Source: Vicugna vicugna | Taxonomy: Eukaryota | Direction: 5' to 3' | Assembly (NCBI GenBank): GCA_013265495.1 | Contig: MU057796.1 | Coordinates: 310,001 to 374,000, forward strand | DNA length: 64,000 bases | Shown here: positions 25,146 to 39,849 of the stretch, piece by piece | Position numbering within the stretch: position 1 is the first letter of the stretch | Layout of the letters: the number at the start of each line of letters is the position of its first letter | Translations under genes and position numbers: made by a program | The notes under the pieces: generated by a model | Database searches by the model: none | Told to the model about the DNA's origin: nothing | The model's input: only the letters and a program-made list of their open reading frames with translations

Positions 25146-25588
25146 TGGGTTGCTTCACAGCATAGTGTAGGAAACAGTGGAATGGTTTCTTAAGCGCTTA
25201 AAGTAGCACACTTGTGTTGGAAGATCTTAGTCTCACAGAGTTCCTTCATCAGCATGGCATGGAGAAGGGCTCAGAAATGGATAAGGAAGAGTTCAACTCA
25301 AGAGATAGACCATTCAATGGGAGATTTGCTTCCACTTATGCATTTTAAAAACCTTACTAAATACCTACAGTTTGTGAGACATTCTGTACAAATGAAGTGC
25401 ATACAAACTGAATTGCTGGCAGCTTCATGGATTTCTCTGTCTGTATTCCCCTGGGACATCAAGAATAACGAGTCCAAAATGGAACATGTCCACAGCCTCT
25501 AAATCTACTTCTCTGTTCTTTCCCTTGGCTAAAGTCATCTCCATCCATCTAAGTCATCCAAGTCAAAAACCCTGGACCCTTTCTAGAC

Positions 25589-25818
25589 CACTGCTACTTA
25601 AAGTGTGGTCTACAGAGGATTTAGACCACAGATTACCACTGCAACAAGAAAAGAACAGAAATTGAAAGTAAGCATCAGAAACTTGTATAGCAAGTTGACA
25701 TTTCTGCAACATCCAAGCACGTGATCATGTCTTTTGTTTTATTTTACAAAAGAGGTGGTCCATAATGGATTGGGAATTCCACCATTTAGACCTCACCAAG
25801 TTAGGTTGAGAAGCACTG
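25589..25818. mobile_element. hAT-Charlie MITE with perfect 8-bp TSD
   Basis: Termini cactgctacttaaagt ... ggttgagaagcactg; TSD ttctagac at 25581-25588 and 25819-25826 (typical hAT NTCTAGAN target). Confidence 0.85.
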
Positions 25819-27330
25819 TTCTAGACTGCTACTTTCCCCTCACCACCATCCAAGCTGACATCAATTCTGAAATACCTCCCAAATATATCTCAGATGTATT
25901 CTTTCTCTGCTTTATGTTTGGGCTCTTATTTTTTATCTGGCATAAGACAGTGGCCAGGTAACTGCTTTCTTTCTCTTTAATCCTTTCCACTCCTCTAACC
26001 ATATACCATATTGCTTCCAGAGCAGTATTTTAAGATGCAGGTATGATCACATGCCTCCCTGTTTGAAACCTGACAGTGGTTCTCCACTAACCACAGAATA
26101 AAATATATGCTCCATTGCATGAATTTCAAGGTCCCCTAACAATCTGGCCCTTTTCTATTTAGTTTAATCTTCTGCCATTCTCCACTCTGTAGTCTCTATA
26201 ATAACCATATCAAATCAGGGTTACTAAATACATTGTCTTTTTTTTCCAGATCTCTGTAACTTCAAACATTCTCTCCCATGCAACTGTAATAACTGTCTGC
26301 ATTTGCTCCTTGGAAAAGTTTTTTTCTGTAACATTCCACTCAATAGAATCATACTGGGGTTGGGGTAATGGGAGCAGGACAAAGCTTATTGTCACATCTG
26401 GGTCAGAAGTGAGTAAGAGAGTGAGCACATCAGGGCAGGATAAGAGAAGGTCTAAAGCTTGGGGCGAGGGTTTCTGAGCCAAATGCAAAAGAAGACATGG
26501 CTCTGGGCTAGTCCAGATCTAGGAGGCAAGAACCAAGTCAGAGGGATAGAGGACAAGTTGTGATGTTGAGGAGCAAACTCCGAGGTCAAGAGAAATGTCG
26601 AAATACGCCCCAGAAATGAAAGCTGGAAACTAAGCATGACCCAGGCCGAGGTACTATCTGGAATCTCAAACAAGAGCAGGAAAATTGCACACTCTACCTG
26701 CACTGGGGTCTGCCTGATGCCTTGCTGATGCTCCAGCTAGTTTTTTGCCTCCACTTGCCCACTACACAGAGGTTCTCACCCTGGGATGCTCTTTGTTAAG
26801 GAGTGTGAAACCTTCTGCTCAGATAACACCTTCTCTCATCTTCTTGCCACAGTTTGCTTAGTGTATATGCTCATACATTTATTAGCTATTAACTCATTTT
26901 ACTGTAATTTTTAAAAACATATTTCCCCCCTCTGCTGCTAAACCATGAGCTTCTGGAGTATAAATCTGTATGTTACTTTTCTTTGTATCCTCAGTGCCTG
27001 ACACAATTCATTGGCATGTAGCTGGCGTTTAAACGAATGTTTGTGGAATGACTGATTAAGGGAATACACATTTATTTAGGACATTCAAAAGGAGTAGACC
27101 AGGGCAACCTTTTAAATTGTCTTTTAGTATGTTTCATAATTCACTATAAAATTTTAGGTGACATCACCCAGGCAGTGATCATTTGACCTCAAGTTTCCAG
27201 TTAGCATTATGCAGGGGAAATATGATCTACAACTAGTACACAACACAATATTGAACTGTTCTGGGAAAATAAGTCCAGGACTAGATTCATATGAGAAATG
27301 GAATGGTCCAAGTTATGCATGAATCTCACC

Positions 27331-27551
27331 CAGAGGTCGGCCAACTTTTGCTGAAATGTTTTAGCAAATATTTTAGGCTTCGTGGGCCATACGAGTCTCA
27401 GCTGCAACTACTCAGCTCTGAATTTGCAGTGTGAAAGGATCCAAAGACAATTCATACATGAATGAATGTGCTAGTGTTTTAATAAAACTTTGTTTACAAA
27501 AATGGGCAGTGAGCCACATTTGGCCTGGGCTCTGTAAAATGTCCACCCCTG
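27331..27551. mobile_element. MER58A-like hAT-Charlie MITE
   Basis: cagaggtcggccaactttt...aaatattttaggcttcgtgggccata...caactactcagctctg...aataaaactttgtttacaaaa...acccctg. Confidence 0.85.
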
Positions 27552-29569
27552 ATCTTGTCAGTTCTTCCGATACTTTGTTATCAGAAGGGATCAGAATAGG
27601 AGAGAAAAACAGACACTGATGATTACTACATAGCCTGGGCTCTCTACTTGAGATTAATTATCTTGCACTGGAGTATCACTGGGACCTGTGGCGGGGGGAT
27701 AAGAAAAAAGCAAATCGTTCATGCATTTTATAGGCTTCTGCTCAGACTCAGTTCACATCAGCTCTGCTCACTCTTCAATGGCTGCAGGAAGTCAGATGGT
27801 TTTATCTGACTTCGAGGAGAATATAAGTGAATAGCGAACGACTACCAAGATTTTAGTAGGAAAATTAAGACTTTTGCTAAGTGGATTAAATGTCAAAAGT
27901 TTTAATAGCTGAAGTTATGCCAATGTGTGTGGGAGAAAGCAGAGGTCCAAACGCCTTCAGAACATATTAATGACAATATCACCTTATGTATTAATTACAA
28001 AAACATTTTTTTCTGGCTCATTTACTCCATTGTATATTTAGACAGTGAGGACCTTCTACAAATATTTTGGCAGTTGGAAATGGAGGTATTCCTCAGAGTA
28101 TTGGGTATTATTTAACATCTTGTGGTGTTGTCAAATCAAGGTTTAAAGAAAATTTAGTAATATTAGAAGTAGCATTTATATGACAATAAATATTGTCAGT
28201 TTTCCTACATGGAAAAACAGCATGAAAATAACACAGCCAATTTGGAAACTAATGAAAATTAGGAAATTGAATATGGGTAAACTTGGCTCTTTGTGTGTAT
28301 TTGATACAAAGTCAAATTCTGTCCTCAGTGACCCTTACACAATTTGCACCACCAGAGCTGGGTCCTTTGTTACTATGTATAAATGCACCTGATGCTGTAT
28401 CATGCCATCCCCCATGGACAGGAGTGACAGCTAGAAAACTGTAGAGTAATTTGCAAGGGCTCTAAACCCATGACCGGTTTTCACTGGCTGCCATCCACAG
28501 GGGGCTGTTCACACTTTATGGGACATAGCTTCACTAATCAGCATGGCCACTGGCTGGCTAAAGGCTTCCAAGGCTTCAGGGCTCATGCTGACCTTAATGC
28601 TGCTTCTCTCTGGCTGTCTATTAATACTTAAGAGGGGATGATGGGGGATACTGAAGATAGCAGATCTTCCTGTCTCCATCCAGGAGATGAAAAGGAGAGG
28701 ACTACATTCTGGGGCTCATGTTTTAACATGATGATGCTATCTATGCATGCTGATTTCACATTCCCACCTTCTGAGCTTCTCTTTGTACAGGTCAGTAATG
28801 CTAGAGGGACCCAGTGTGTTCGATGCAGGTGGATGTCTGAGTCAACTCTAAGTTTAGTTTATTTGCCTCCCTCCACCATGGCACAGTATATACTATGGTG
28901 GATGTGGGCCCAGAGAGTTGGTCAGAAATTGTGGAATCTCTTTAAATCAGTGATAAGTTTGACTAAGGAGTCGTCTAAGTTAATTTTTGTAAGGAGGGTA
29001 AATATCTTCTGGTCATTGTAAGAATCCTAGCAAATGATTAAGCTTACTGCCCTGGACTTATTCTTGGTTCTTAGGCAATTTCATTGTCTATCTTTTATTT
29101 TCTATGAGGTGCAACATTAAAAGGCCAAGTAAACAAATTTTTGTTAACTTTCTGTTGTTTCTTGGTCAAAAAAAACCCAATCATAATCCCATCAATCATA
29201 GCATCATATGAAATGCCATGTTGGGCCACACCAGTGATGCAGCCAGCATCTTATCCTTGCCTGTGATTTAAACGGCTTTAACCAGTTTTTTGAAGAAAGT
29301 GTACGGTAGTTACCATTATTAAGTCAATCTCAACTATGCCAACATTTTTTTTTTAATTTAAGGAGGCTTCATTAGTATCTACTTTTTCTGAAATCATTTT
29401 ATGGATACATAAAAGTGGAAAAAGCTTTATCTAAATCCTCCTGAAATTTTTTTTTCATTTTATCGTCACCTCTTACCTTTTACAAGATAACACACAACCC
29501 TGTATGGCCGCTAATGCTCTTGGAGAAGGGGGAAGGCTCTTTTGAGTTGGAAAGTGGGTGTTACATTTT

Positions 29570-30051
29570 ATCTGTTTGGTCCCCTAGATTCATGCCTCTT
29601 CCTTCTCCCCCAGGTCTGTGCCCTGGGAGGCTGACCTTTGTAGGCTACATCAACTACCCTTGCATTACCTTCTGATTTCCGTTAGGTTTCAGCCAACAGG
29701 AGACACTGGCAGGAAATCAGGGGAAGACAGAAAGGTTGAGGAATTTTTCTCTGGCTCCCTCATTCTGTGCTCTGAGGTTGGCCTGGGCTCTATTTCTCTG
29801 TCAAAGACTACAGCTCTGCTGGACAGCCCTCTCTACAGTGTCAGCTCTCACTGAGTTCCAGTAACTGCTCCCACACCTTCCCTCTTTCGTCCTAGGCGCA
29901 ATTTCCGTGCGTTACTTGTCCCTGGGTGCTTCATCAACCCTTCTTTGCTACTCTTAACAATAACCTTTTGCAAATAGTTGCTTTCATTAGCTCTCTTCTG
30001 CTGCCCTTTTCAAATGAGCCATCTGTTCCCTGCTAGGTTCCTGACTGATAC
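29570..30051 (+). mobile_element. ERVL LTR (LTR33-like)
   Basis: tctgtgccctgggaggctgacct...gccaacaggagacactggcaggaaatcag; terminus cctgactgataca. Confidence 0.7.
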
Positions 30052-30292
30052 AGGATAGTTTGTACCTTTCATCTGGATGCTCTGTTTTTTTAGGGTGCTT
30101 GCAGAGAGACAGAGTGACTCTGATGGAGCTAGAATGGTCTTATAGTCTAAGGTCTGATTTTGTTGAGTTCCACAAAGAATTTGCTGGTAGGAATAATTGA
30201 TGGGGTTTTTCTCCTTTGTGCCTATAGGAGGAAGCATATTTACTACCTTCCTATATGCCAAAGAAGAAACTGAACTGGATACAAACTTGGAC

Positions 30293-30795
30293 TGTATATT
30301 AGTTTCCTATTGCTGCTGTAACAAACTACCACAAATTTACATGACTTAAAAAACCACAAACTTACTATCTTACAGTTCTGAAAGCCAAACATTTAAAATG
30401 GGTCTCACTGGGCTAAAATTAACAAGCCAGCCTAGCTGCGTTCCTTCAGGGACTCTAGGAGAAGAACTGTCTCCCTGCTTTTTCCAGCTTCCAGAGGCCA
30501 CCAAATTGCTTGTTTCATGGCCCCGTTCCATCTTCAAAGCCAGCGATAGCTAGTGGAGTATTTCCCACATAGCATCACTCTGTCTCTAACTTTCTTGCCT
30601 CCCTCTTTCACTTATAAGGACACTTGTGATTACACTGGGCTCACTCAGATAATCCAGGATGAGCTTCCCAATACGAGGCTTCAGTTGATGAGCAGCTTTA
30701 ATTCCGTCTACAACCTTAATTTTCCCTTGAAATGTAATTTGCAGGTTCTGGGGACTAAAACTTGGGCATCTTTGGGGCCATTATGCTGCCTATTG
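30293..30795 (-). mobile_element. MaLR LTR (MLT1D-like)
   Basis: tgtatattagtttcctattgctgctgtaacaaactaccacaaattt...tgggtctcactgggctaaaat...ataatccaggat. Confidence 0.85.
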
Positions 30796-33169
30796 GATAA
30801 AGCCTGCCAATGTAGAAGGGATGTATCTCTATAAAAACCCAAACATTTTGCCTCTCACTGGAGGGTGAAGAGTGTTACCTAAGAGTTCAGGACTGTAAGT
30901 TAGAGAACATAGATTCTGAGAGCTTTTCTACCACCAGCCTGCCATGAGGCTTTGAGAAAGCCAGAATTGTACCAGGGAAGCTGAATTTTCTTCCAACTCT
31001 ATCACATAGTGATTGTTTTGTTTAATAGATAAGGGAAACACATTTTACATTCTAGTACTTCAAAACAGGGCTACAATTTCTGTTATTTACTCATGATTTC
31101 AGTAGAAAAGATTCAAAACGTATGACCAATGTGTATCAACATTTTCCCAACACATTCAAGCTAAGAGTTATGGTGATAAGTTAGAGGGACCCCAAGTAAT
31201 GGTGACATTGACTCCAGCCTGTGAGTTTTTCCTATGCAAACTGCCTACTGGCCTACATTGGTTTTGCTAGAAACTTGGTCTGCATTTATTCAGTAAGATC
31301 ATTATGTTTTCTTAAAACTAGAACATGCCATTGAAATAGGAGTTGGCTGGTCTGTGCTCCATAATAAAAGATTTTCCTCCAGAATCAGTTCTCACCTCCA
31401 GCCTCCTCAGTAAGAACTAAAAAGCAATGTGAAAGTGTAGAAATGATTAAACAAAAACAATCCTAGAGCATCCCAAGAAGTGAGAAGGATTTTCCAATTC
31501 TCTTAACACATCGTATGTGTATTGGATGATGTGAAATTAAGGCTGCTGATAGACAGAGATCTGGGGCCCTGGTTCAAAATGCATTGAAATTCAGAGCCAT
31601 GTTTTCTGTGCTGAGATCCCTGCTGGGAGTGTGGAGCACATATATTTTTTGAAAAAATGATATCGAACCTATTTCCCCAGCCGTTTGTTTTTCCCTTCCA
31701 AAAACCATAGTAATAACCTTTTCTAACTATATTCAAAACTGCATCCATGCCAAAAAAATTGCAACAACATATGCTAATTCAGTGCTGGAGCGACTTCATG
31801 ACTTGATACTGTCTTAGAGATGAAGTCAGCCCTGAAACAGTGATTGAATTTGACCCTCTGAGCAAATTCTATGAAGACAAGTAAGCGATTCTGCCTGTGC
31901 CAAAGCCCAGGACTCCATCTCCTGGCCAAGGATGGGCGACATCCCCTTGAAGCATCTTGCTGAACTCAAGAGAAATAAGAGGCCACAAAGGACGTAGAAG
32001 ATGAGAAGAGGCACATATCACATCTATAACAGCAACATATTTTGCTGTTGGCACACAGCCACGACTGGTGACTAAGTCCTTTAGGATCTGGAAGAAGCTG
32101 TATGACCTCCAAAGTAGGTACTCTGATTTTGAGGGTGTTGGAAGGTTCCCTTCCCTGGATCTTGGAAAGCACAATAGATTCTTACCTTCAAATATTCCTT
32201 GAATTAGTATAGTCCAATCTGGACTTAAAATTCAAGCACCTGATACATGTACATATGACCCTGTGTATTGTGTGATGTGGGAATAGTAGACAAAAGTGAT
32301 GCACAGCCCCTGGGGTGTCAGGGACATGGAGAGATAAGATGTGAATAGATAATGAATGACACAAGGCAGTACTTACTAGGAGTCTGTTGAAACCGAAAGA
32401 TCTTGTGTTTATCTGTCTCTTATTTTCTGCTATTTATTGAAATATTGTCCATCCTTTAAAGCCCATCCTCCAAGAAACCTTCTTAGATCCTGCTGAGAGG
32501 TAATCTTTTTTTCCTTTTTATAGCTTCATGGCCCTTTTTGCTGCTTTTCTTGAATTAAAATATTTATTTGTGTATATCTTAATTTTCCCACTGAGTGGTA
32601 ACTTCTGGAGGACAGGAAGTAATCCTAGGTTTGCTGTTCCTTCCTGGCACCTGTGTCATGCTTCACCTATAGTAGGAGTCTGAGAAGGTTTTATGAAATG
32701 AAAAAGCGAATACATTATTTCTTATTAAATGAGTAAATGAGAGGTGTAATAAGAACTTGGAGTATTAAGAAATTGCTTCTGCTTGGGAGGGTGAGGGAAA
32801 GGGTTATGGAAAAAGTAATATTTGATTTCCTTTGCAAGTGATTTAAGAGTGGAGTCTTTGCTAATATGTCAAATTCACGGCATAGAAAAGTGTAAGATTT
32901 ATAAATCTCTGAAGAGACATCTGTGGATAGTATCAGGTTCTCTCTCTACCCACACCCCTTCCTCCTGCCCCTGCGCACACAGTGATCAAAGATTTCTGAC
33001 TTACAGCTTTTAGCACAGTGACTGACACACAGAAGATGGTCAGCAAAAGTTGAATGAATGATTGAAATGCTTTGATGAGACAAACACATCCCAGATGTAC
33101 ATTGAGAGTCAACAATTCTTCATTTTAGAAAGAATAAAATGAAGATTTAAGACCTCCATTGTGGGAAAT

Positions 33170-33345
33170 GTCACATGTGTTTTCTACTTTTAATCCTTGC
33201 AACAATGCTGTAAGGCTGATATTATTACTACCATTTTTTATAGATGAAAACCTGGGGCTCAGTGAGGTCCAGTCACTTGCCTGGGCTGCATAATAAAGCA
33301 GTGGCAATTCAAATCCAAGTCCTGCTCCTCACGATCTTTCCATTA
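33170..33345 (-). mobile_element. MIR SINE
   Basis: tttaatccttgcaacaatgctgtaagg...ccattttttatagatgaaaacctggggctcagtgagg...cacttgcctggg. Confidence 0.7.
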
Positions 33346-34650
33346 TGCAGAAGACGTGATTTAAAAAAAAAATGATGTAGTTCTCTCTCAGTGCCTAGGT
33401 GGTTCATCCTTTAAGACAGCATCATTGTTCTTATTTTTAGCCTTGCCTTCCAAGAAGTAAAAATTCCATAGGTATCACCTTAAGAAACTACTGTGGCCTA
33501 TTTTTTTGAAGGTACTTGAGTCTCCCATCTCACCCAGACCCTCTGGGTTTAGAGACATGTCCATGAAATCTTTCCATCTTTTCCCTTGCATTATTTCAAA
33601 CCCTGTTTCATTTTCACATTAACACATCCTCTGGTATTATATATATAAATAAACTAAATTCAGTGCTTCTTGTGCATCCTGATTGGCCAGGCCAGATGGA
33701 GTGATTTCTGAACCAGAATTGAAAATCAAAACACAAGTGCTTTTTAAAGAGATGGAAGTTTAGAAACAACTTTCCGTGGCAGACTTAGCTTTAATCCTAG
33801 TCAGGAGTGGGTTCATTTTCAAGCTGTGTTTGATGATGGAATATTGGAATCTCCACCCTTGAGCTACTATATATGTACCACACGTCTATATTACCCTTGA
33901 CAAAGAGGGGAGCAGAGCTGCAACTGAGCTGCAGAGTTTTGCAGGGCAATGTGGCCGTTCTTATTATAGGCATGGACACTTGCTTTTGCTTTTGATTTTG
34001 AAGAACCTGTGTGCAGAACCCAAGTGATGAAAAGACCCTTTGTTGAGTAAGTTCTGGCTGGTTCCAGAAAACAAATACTGAAGAGTAATACATGCTAATT
34101 TTCAAGGGCTTGCTATGAGCTAGACTCCTTCCACTATCTCATTTAATGCTCAGGATAATCATATGAACTCAACATTACAATTCCCGTTTCACAGAGGATA
34201 ACGAGAGTGCTGGGGTCACCCAGCTGGTATAGAGAAGAGCAGATTTAAAAACCAAAGCTGTAACTCCAAACCCTCTAATTCATTTCAACACCAATTCTGA
34301 ACTTACTACCAGTTTAGAGCATTAAGACATAGGTTTTCTCTGTCACGCAGAGAAGGAAGGGGCTAGAATACAACTGTAAGTGAAGAACTCAGTGTTCCAT
34401 GGTACATACGTTGGGGATATCCAATGCTTGTTTTTACTTTTCACCAAGACCAGACAAAAGATGTCACACCATAGGACAGTGTAATGATGAAAGTCATATG
34501 GAAAATGCTGTGACATAATAGTTTATATATAGAATTCGGATCCAGAAATTTTTAGAGGATGACTTCTGTCTTTTTTCCTAGCTGTGTTGCTTTATGCAAA
34601 TTATTTACCCTGTCTGCCTCTGTTTCTTCATCCATTCAATGAACATAATG

Positions 34651-37145
34651 CAGTCAATCCTCATTATTCATGAATTCTGAATTTCCACATTCACTTATTC
34701 ACTAAAAGGTATTTATTTTTTTAAACCAGTTTTTGAAGCATGATTAATGTATAAAAAGTGGCCCATATTTAATGTTTATATGTAGATGAGATTGAGGATG
34801 AGTATACACCTGTAAAATCATCGCCGCCATCAAGGCCATCAGTGAGTCTATCACCTCCCACAGTTTCCTCTTTGCTATTAGTGTTGTGGTTTTCTGTAAG
34901 AACACTTAACGTGAGGTCTACCTCTTAGCAACTTTAAGTACACAATACAGCATCGTTAGCTACAGGTGCTATACTGTAGAGTAGATCTCTGGGACTACTC
35001 TTGTATAGCTGAAACTTTCTACCCTTCCACCATCACCTCCCCATTGCCCATTCGCTGCAGCCCCTGGCAACCACTGATTCCACTCTCTACTTCTATGAGT
35101 GTCTTTTTAAAATTTCAAATATAAATGAGATCATACAGTATTTCTGCCTGGTTTATTTCATTTAATACAATGCCCTCCATGTTCATCCATGTTGTTGCAA
35201 GAGGCAAGATTTCTTCCTTTCTCATACCTGAATAATATTCCATCACATATATATACCTCATCTTCTTTATTCATTCATCCAGTGATGGACACTTAGGTTG
35301 TTTCTGTATCTTGGCTATTGTGAATAATGCTGCAAAGAACATAGGAGTGTAGCTATCTATTTAAGACCCTGATTTCAGTTCCCTTGAATGTACACCCCAA
35401 AGTGGGGTTGCTGGATCATATAATATTTCTATTTTTAATTCATTGAGGCAGCTCTATATTAATTTCCATAATGGCTGTACCAATTTACATTTCTACCAAT
35501 AGTGTCTAGAGTTTCTTTTCCTCCATATCCTTGCCAGCACTTGTCACCTCTTGTTTTTGCCTTTTAAAAAAAATAATGGGCATCTGATCAGGTATGAGGT
35601 GGTACCTTATTATGGTTTTGACTTACATTTCGTTGATGATAACAGATATTGAGCACCTTTTAATATACTTGTTGGCCTTTTAATTCTTTGGAGAAACATC
35701 TGTTCAGTTCTTTTGTTAATTTTAAAATCAGATTATCTATATGTCTTTGCTGTTGAGTTGCATGAGTTCCTTGTATGATTGGGATATTAACCTCTTATCA
35801 GATATATGGTTTGCAAATATTTTCTCCCATTCTGTGGGTTGCCTGCTCATTTGTTGATTGTGTCCTTTGGTGTACAGAAGCATTTTAGTTTGATGTGATC
35901 CCAATTGTTTATTTTTGCTTTTGTTTCCTGTGCCTTTGGTGACATATCCAAAAAATCATTGTCACGACCAATAACAAAGAGCTTTTTCTCTATTTTTTTC
36001 TAAGAGTTTTATAGTTTCAGGTTTTAAGTTCAAGTCTTTTGTTTATTTTGAGTTGATTTTTGTGTACAATGTAAGATAAGGTTCTGTTTCATTCTTTTCA
36101 TATTGATATCCAGTTTTCCCAGCACCATTTAATGAAGACACTATCCTTTCTCCATTGTGCTTTCTTGGCATGCTTGTTAAAAATTAGCTGACCTTATATG
36201 CATAGGTTAATATCTCTAGGTTCTCTATGCTGTTCCATCTGTCTATATGTCTTTTTGTATGTCAGTGCCATACCATTTTGATTACTGTAGCTTTGTAGTA
36301 TAATTTGAAATCAGAAGTGTAATGCCTTCAGTTTTGTTCTTCTTGATCAATATTACCTGAGAATTGACTTTTCTCTTTTTGTGGAACATGCCATTGGAAT
36401 TTTGATGGAGATTGCATTGGTTCTGTAGATCACTTTGGGTATTATGGACATTTTAACAATATCAAGTGTCTCAATCCATGCATATATTTTTGTTTTGCAT
36501 ATATTTGTGTCTGCTTTAATTTCTTTCATGACTATTTTATAGTTTTTGGTGTACAGATCTTTCACCTACTTGGTTAGATTTATACCTAAACATACTGTTA
36601 TTTTTGATGTATATTACCCCCAAATCAACACTTGCGAGGTTTTAAGGTCACAGAACTGCAAATAATGTGAGTTGCCTAATGTGCTTTTTCCTTCTCAGCT
36701 GAGGTTGAGCAAGGCAATACTCTACCTTCCTGTTTCAGCTCTCATACTGTAAACAAGTGTCTTTTTTGGGTGGTCTCTTTAGGGGCAAAGTTTGATCACA
36801 TTTTGTGCTTTTTCTGTTATGGTGAGGATTTGCTGTTTAAAATGTCCCCTAAGCATAATACTGAAGTATTGTCTAGTGTTCCTTTGTGCAAGAAGACTGT
36901 GATGTACCATACAAATAAAAGACATGTGTTAGATAAGCTTTGTTCAGGAATGAGTTATAGTGTGTTGGCTGTGATTTAAATGTTACTGAATAAATAATAC
37001 AGTGCATCTAACAGAAGGATGAGGAAATTTGCCTGTCTCTCTGTAAGGCCACTCTGGACAGTGCTAAGGTAATACCTAAATGTGTGACGGAACTATGGAA
37101 AAGATGGAAATGCAGATCAATTTGTGAATGCATGAGATGAGTTTT
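34651..37145 (+). mobile_element. Tigger4/Zombi-like DNA transposon 5' part with transposase N-terminal remnant, split by an L1
   Basis: Terminus cagtcaatcctcattattc at 34651; resumes at ~36615. The remnant MSPKHNTEVLSSVPLCKKTVMYHTNKRHVLDKLCSGMSYS from 36842 resembles the pogo/CENP-B-type helix-turn-helix start. Confidence 0.75.
34715..36612 (-). mobile_element. L1 (3'UTR plus ORF2 C-terminal part), decayed
   Basis: ORF 36353..36565 KDLYTKNYKIVMKEIKADTN...IVKMSIIPKVIYRTNAISIKIPM is L1 ORF2p; L1 3' motifs at lower coordinates. Confidence 0.92.
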
Positions 37146-39274
37146 AAAAAGCTTAGCACCAAATATTCCTATGAATGGTTAAAGGATCACCCCCTCTGCC
37201 GTTATTAAAACTACTCTCTCAGATTATAGTATTTTTCTCCTAAAGAATTTGTAAGTCACAGGAGCAGGTGAATTTATTGGACTAGCTGTTTAGCACTTGG
37301 CAGGGAAGAGTCTGGCGAATATATTATAGGAAAGGTAGATTTTGGTAAAAATCTGAGTCACCATCCAGAGTTGAGTGTATCAGTCATGGGGTGGTGATAG
37401 GGTGGAGACAGACTGTGCAGTTGGGGGAGTCCAAACACCCAGAAAGAGCAGGGAAACTCCGAGTGCTTATTATGTGTTGGAGAGCACAGTTCAGGAGATG
37501 AGGAGAGAAAGGAGAGAAAACAAGTGGGTAATGAGTCTAAAAGGACAAACTTACCTGGTTGCTTTATTTCACAAGTTTGCCCAGAGTCTTGTTGAGGCTT
37601 ACAAGAAATTATTTTATTGATCTGCCTCATACAATGAAAATTCGGTGCATTTGGCTAGAAAGCACAGTCCTGATTATTTAGAATTTGTGCTAAATGCTAT
37701 TTGTGTTTCACCAAATTGCTTCATAGTCATTAATTAAACAATTACTCAAATTGAAAATGTGTCTCTGAGGAGAATGTTAAAAAAAATCATAAAGAACATA
37801 ATCCTCATTAAGAACTATTAGTCTAAGTGTGACAAGCTTCATTTTGTCTTATAGAAAACAGAGATGCGATTTGGTATTTAGTCAAAATAAATGGGTTATG
37901 ACACATTCCACCCTTTAAAATGTTCCAAAGCTGGTGGGATAAAAGAAGGAGATCTGCAGATGGTACAGCGAGCAAAGGCATCTAATGAACCTAGCATTGC
38001 TGCATAGCAACAGCCTTAGCATTTCATTTGTTGGAATGAATTACTTGAGTTTTTCACTTTTTTCAAAGGGTTGATGTACTGATCTTTATGCAATGGTGTA
38101 ACTAATGATTAAAGATGAACAAAGGCTTGAAAAATAGGGCTTATTAATAAAGGTTACAAGACCTGAAATGATTAAATCTGAGGGAAGGCTGATGGAGTTA
38201 TTTAGTCAGGATTTTTCAGTGCCTGAACGAGGACTGTCCATAAGATAGTAACTAGCTCTTCTTTCTCTCCATGGAATATATTAATAGATCTCAAAGGATG
38301 TCAACCTGAACTACAATAGGAGTTACTGGGGTGAGTTACGAGCGAGAACTTCCTGCTTATGTTGTCAGGAAAGACTGAAATAATTTAGCAAAGAGGAGTC
38401 ACAATCTCATTCCCCTAAGAATTTTTCCCATTACTCCCTGCAAATTAGAGTCAATTCTCTTTGGCCTGAGAGAGAGAGAGGAACAGCCTTGTCTGAAGAT
38501 AGGGAACCACTGATGTTTTGATGTCTCTGATTTCAAGAGGATTGGTTGTTGCCATCAATGTGCTGTGCTCAATGCTGTATAAGCCTTACGCTATTCTAGG
38601 AGTGTATGGCTTTATTCTTTTTATAAGAAAGATCTCAAATTAGAGGTTGAAAATGTAAAAATAAGGATTGCCTTAGCCCTGAGGAATTCTTAAAGCATAT
38701 CCATTTTCCTTGCCTCCTACAACTACAAGTTCATTATTAGCAAAAGTAATTTTATTCATATTTCCTTGCTTGCTTCCTCCTCCTTTGTCCCCCCTCCTTT
38801 TCCCTCTCTCCCTTAATCTAACCCATGCAGAGTGGATACTTGGGGGGATGGTTTTATGAATAAAGACCATATCCTTTACTCAAGAGCCTTGGTGTGCAAT
38901 TATAGATTAAAGCTTTCATTTTGAAAGCCAGAGCAATATACAGCCATAAAAATAACAGTAGCAGCACTGTTTTAATTACTGTACACAGAAGCAGAGGACG
39001 GATTCAAGACAAATATGGGACTGTGGCTTGTAGGCTCCAAGAGCTGCCCTCTGACTAATTGTATCAGAGTTCATGCTGCGGCCAAACATCCACCTCTTGG
39101 GGAAGGTCTGTGCTAGATATTGGCTGCACTGATTCTGTGCTTCTCCTGGTCCCTCTCTTCTGTTTTTGTTTTGCTTTAGATCCCATAATTAATTCACTTC
39201 CCACCACATATAAGCACTGTGGCCTTCTAACCCTTCACTACAATAATTCACCGTATGCTCATCAACCGCTAGTT

Positions 39275-39412
39275 CCAGGTGATCTAAAATACATACGCCC
39301 CGTGTAAAATTTGGGACACGCCTACACTAAAAAAAATTACTTCCTGTTTATCTGAAATTCAAATTTAACTGGGCTTCTATTCTGTTTTCATTTGCTAAAT
39401 CTGGCAATGCTA
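39275..39412. mobile_element. MER53-like hAT MITE fragment
   Basis: gtttatctgaaattcaaatttaactgggc...atttgctaaatctggcaatgcta. Confidence 0.7.
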
Positions 39413-39849
39413 CAACTAGATGGTATTTTCATTAATTCAATGGTGTTAAATATGATTGTTTCAAGTGGGTAGTGTCTATTGCAAACTCTGTGGTAGTGAG
39501 TACTGAAAATTTCTCAAACATAGAAATGTGAATCAAACTCAAAGTTTAATTTAGAGGAAGTTAATGATTTAAGGGTGAACAGAATATCTTTGAAGGGAGA
39601 AGCAGAGTAAGCTAGATTTTGTTGGCTAGCCGAACAAAATCAGATGGGTGGGCTGAGCTACAATTTTGGTTTGGCCCATAGATTTTTCTTAGCAGAATAG
39701 GAACTTCATGATTGTGTTTGTTTTTAACCCATGAAACTAAAAAGAAAAGAAGATATCATAAGGCAAATGGTTCATTGTGAACCAGAGTGGGAAGGGTACC
39801 ATGCTGATCGTTGAATGCTTTTGCAAGCAGTACAAGTGAGGTGTACATC

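Noticed and set aside
24649..25170. 173-aa ORF
   Set aside because: Lies wholly within a decayed L2 3' region with no coding signature.
36770..36979. Transposase-like ORF as a domesticated TIGD-type gene
   Set aside because: Only a short, decayed N-terminal remnant with a stop and no catalytic domain.
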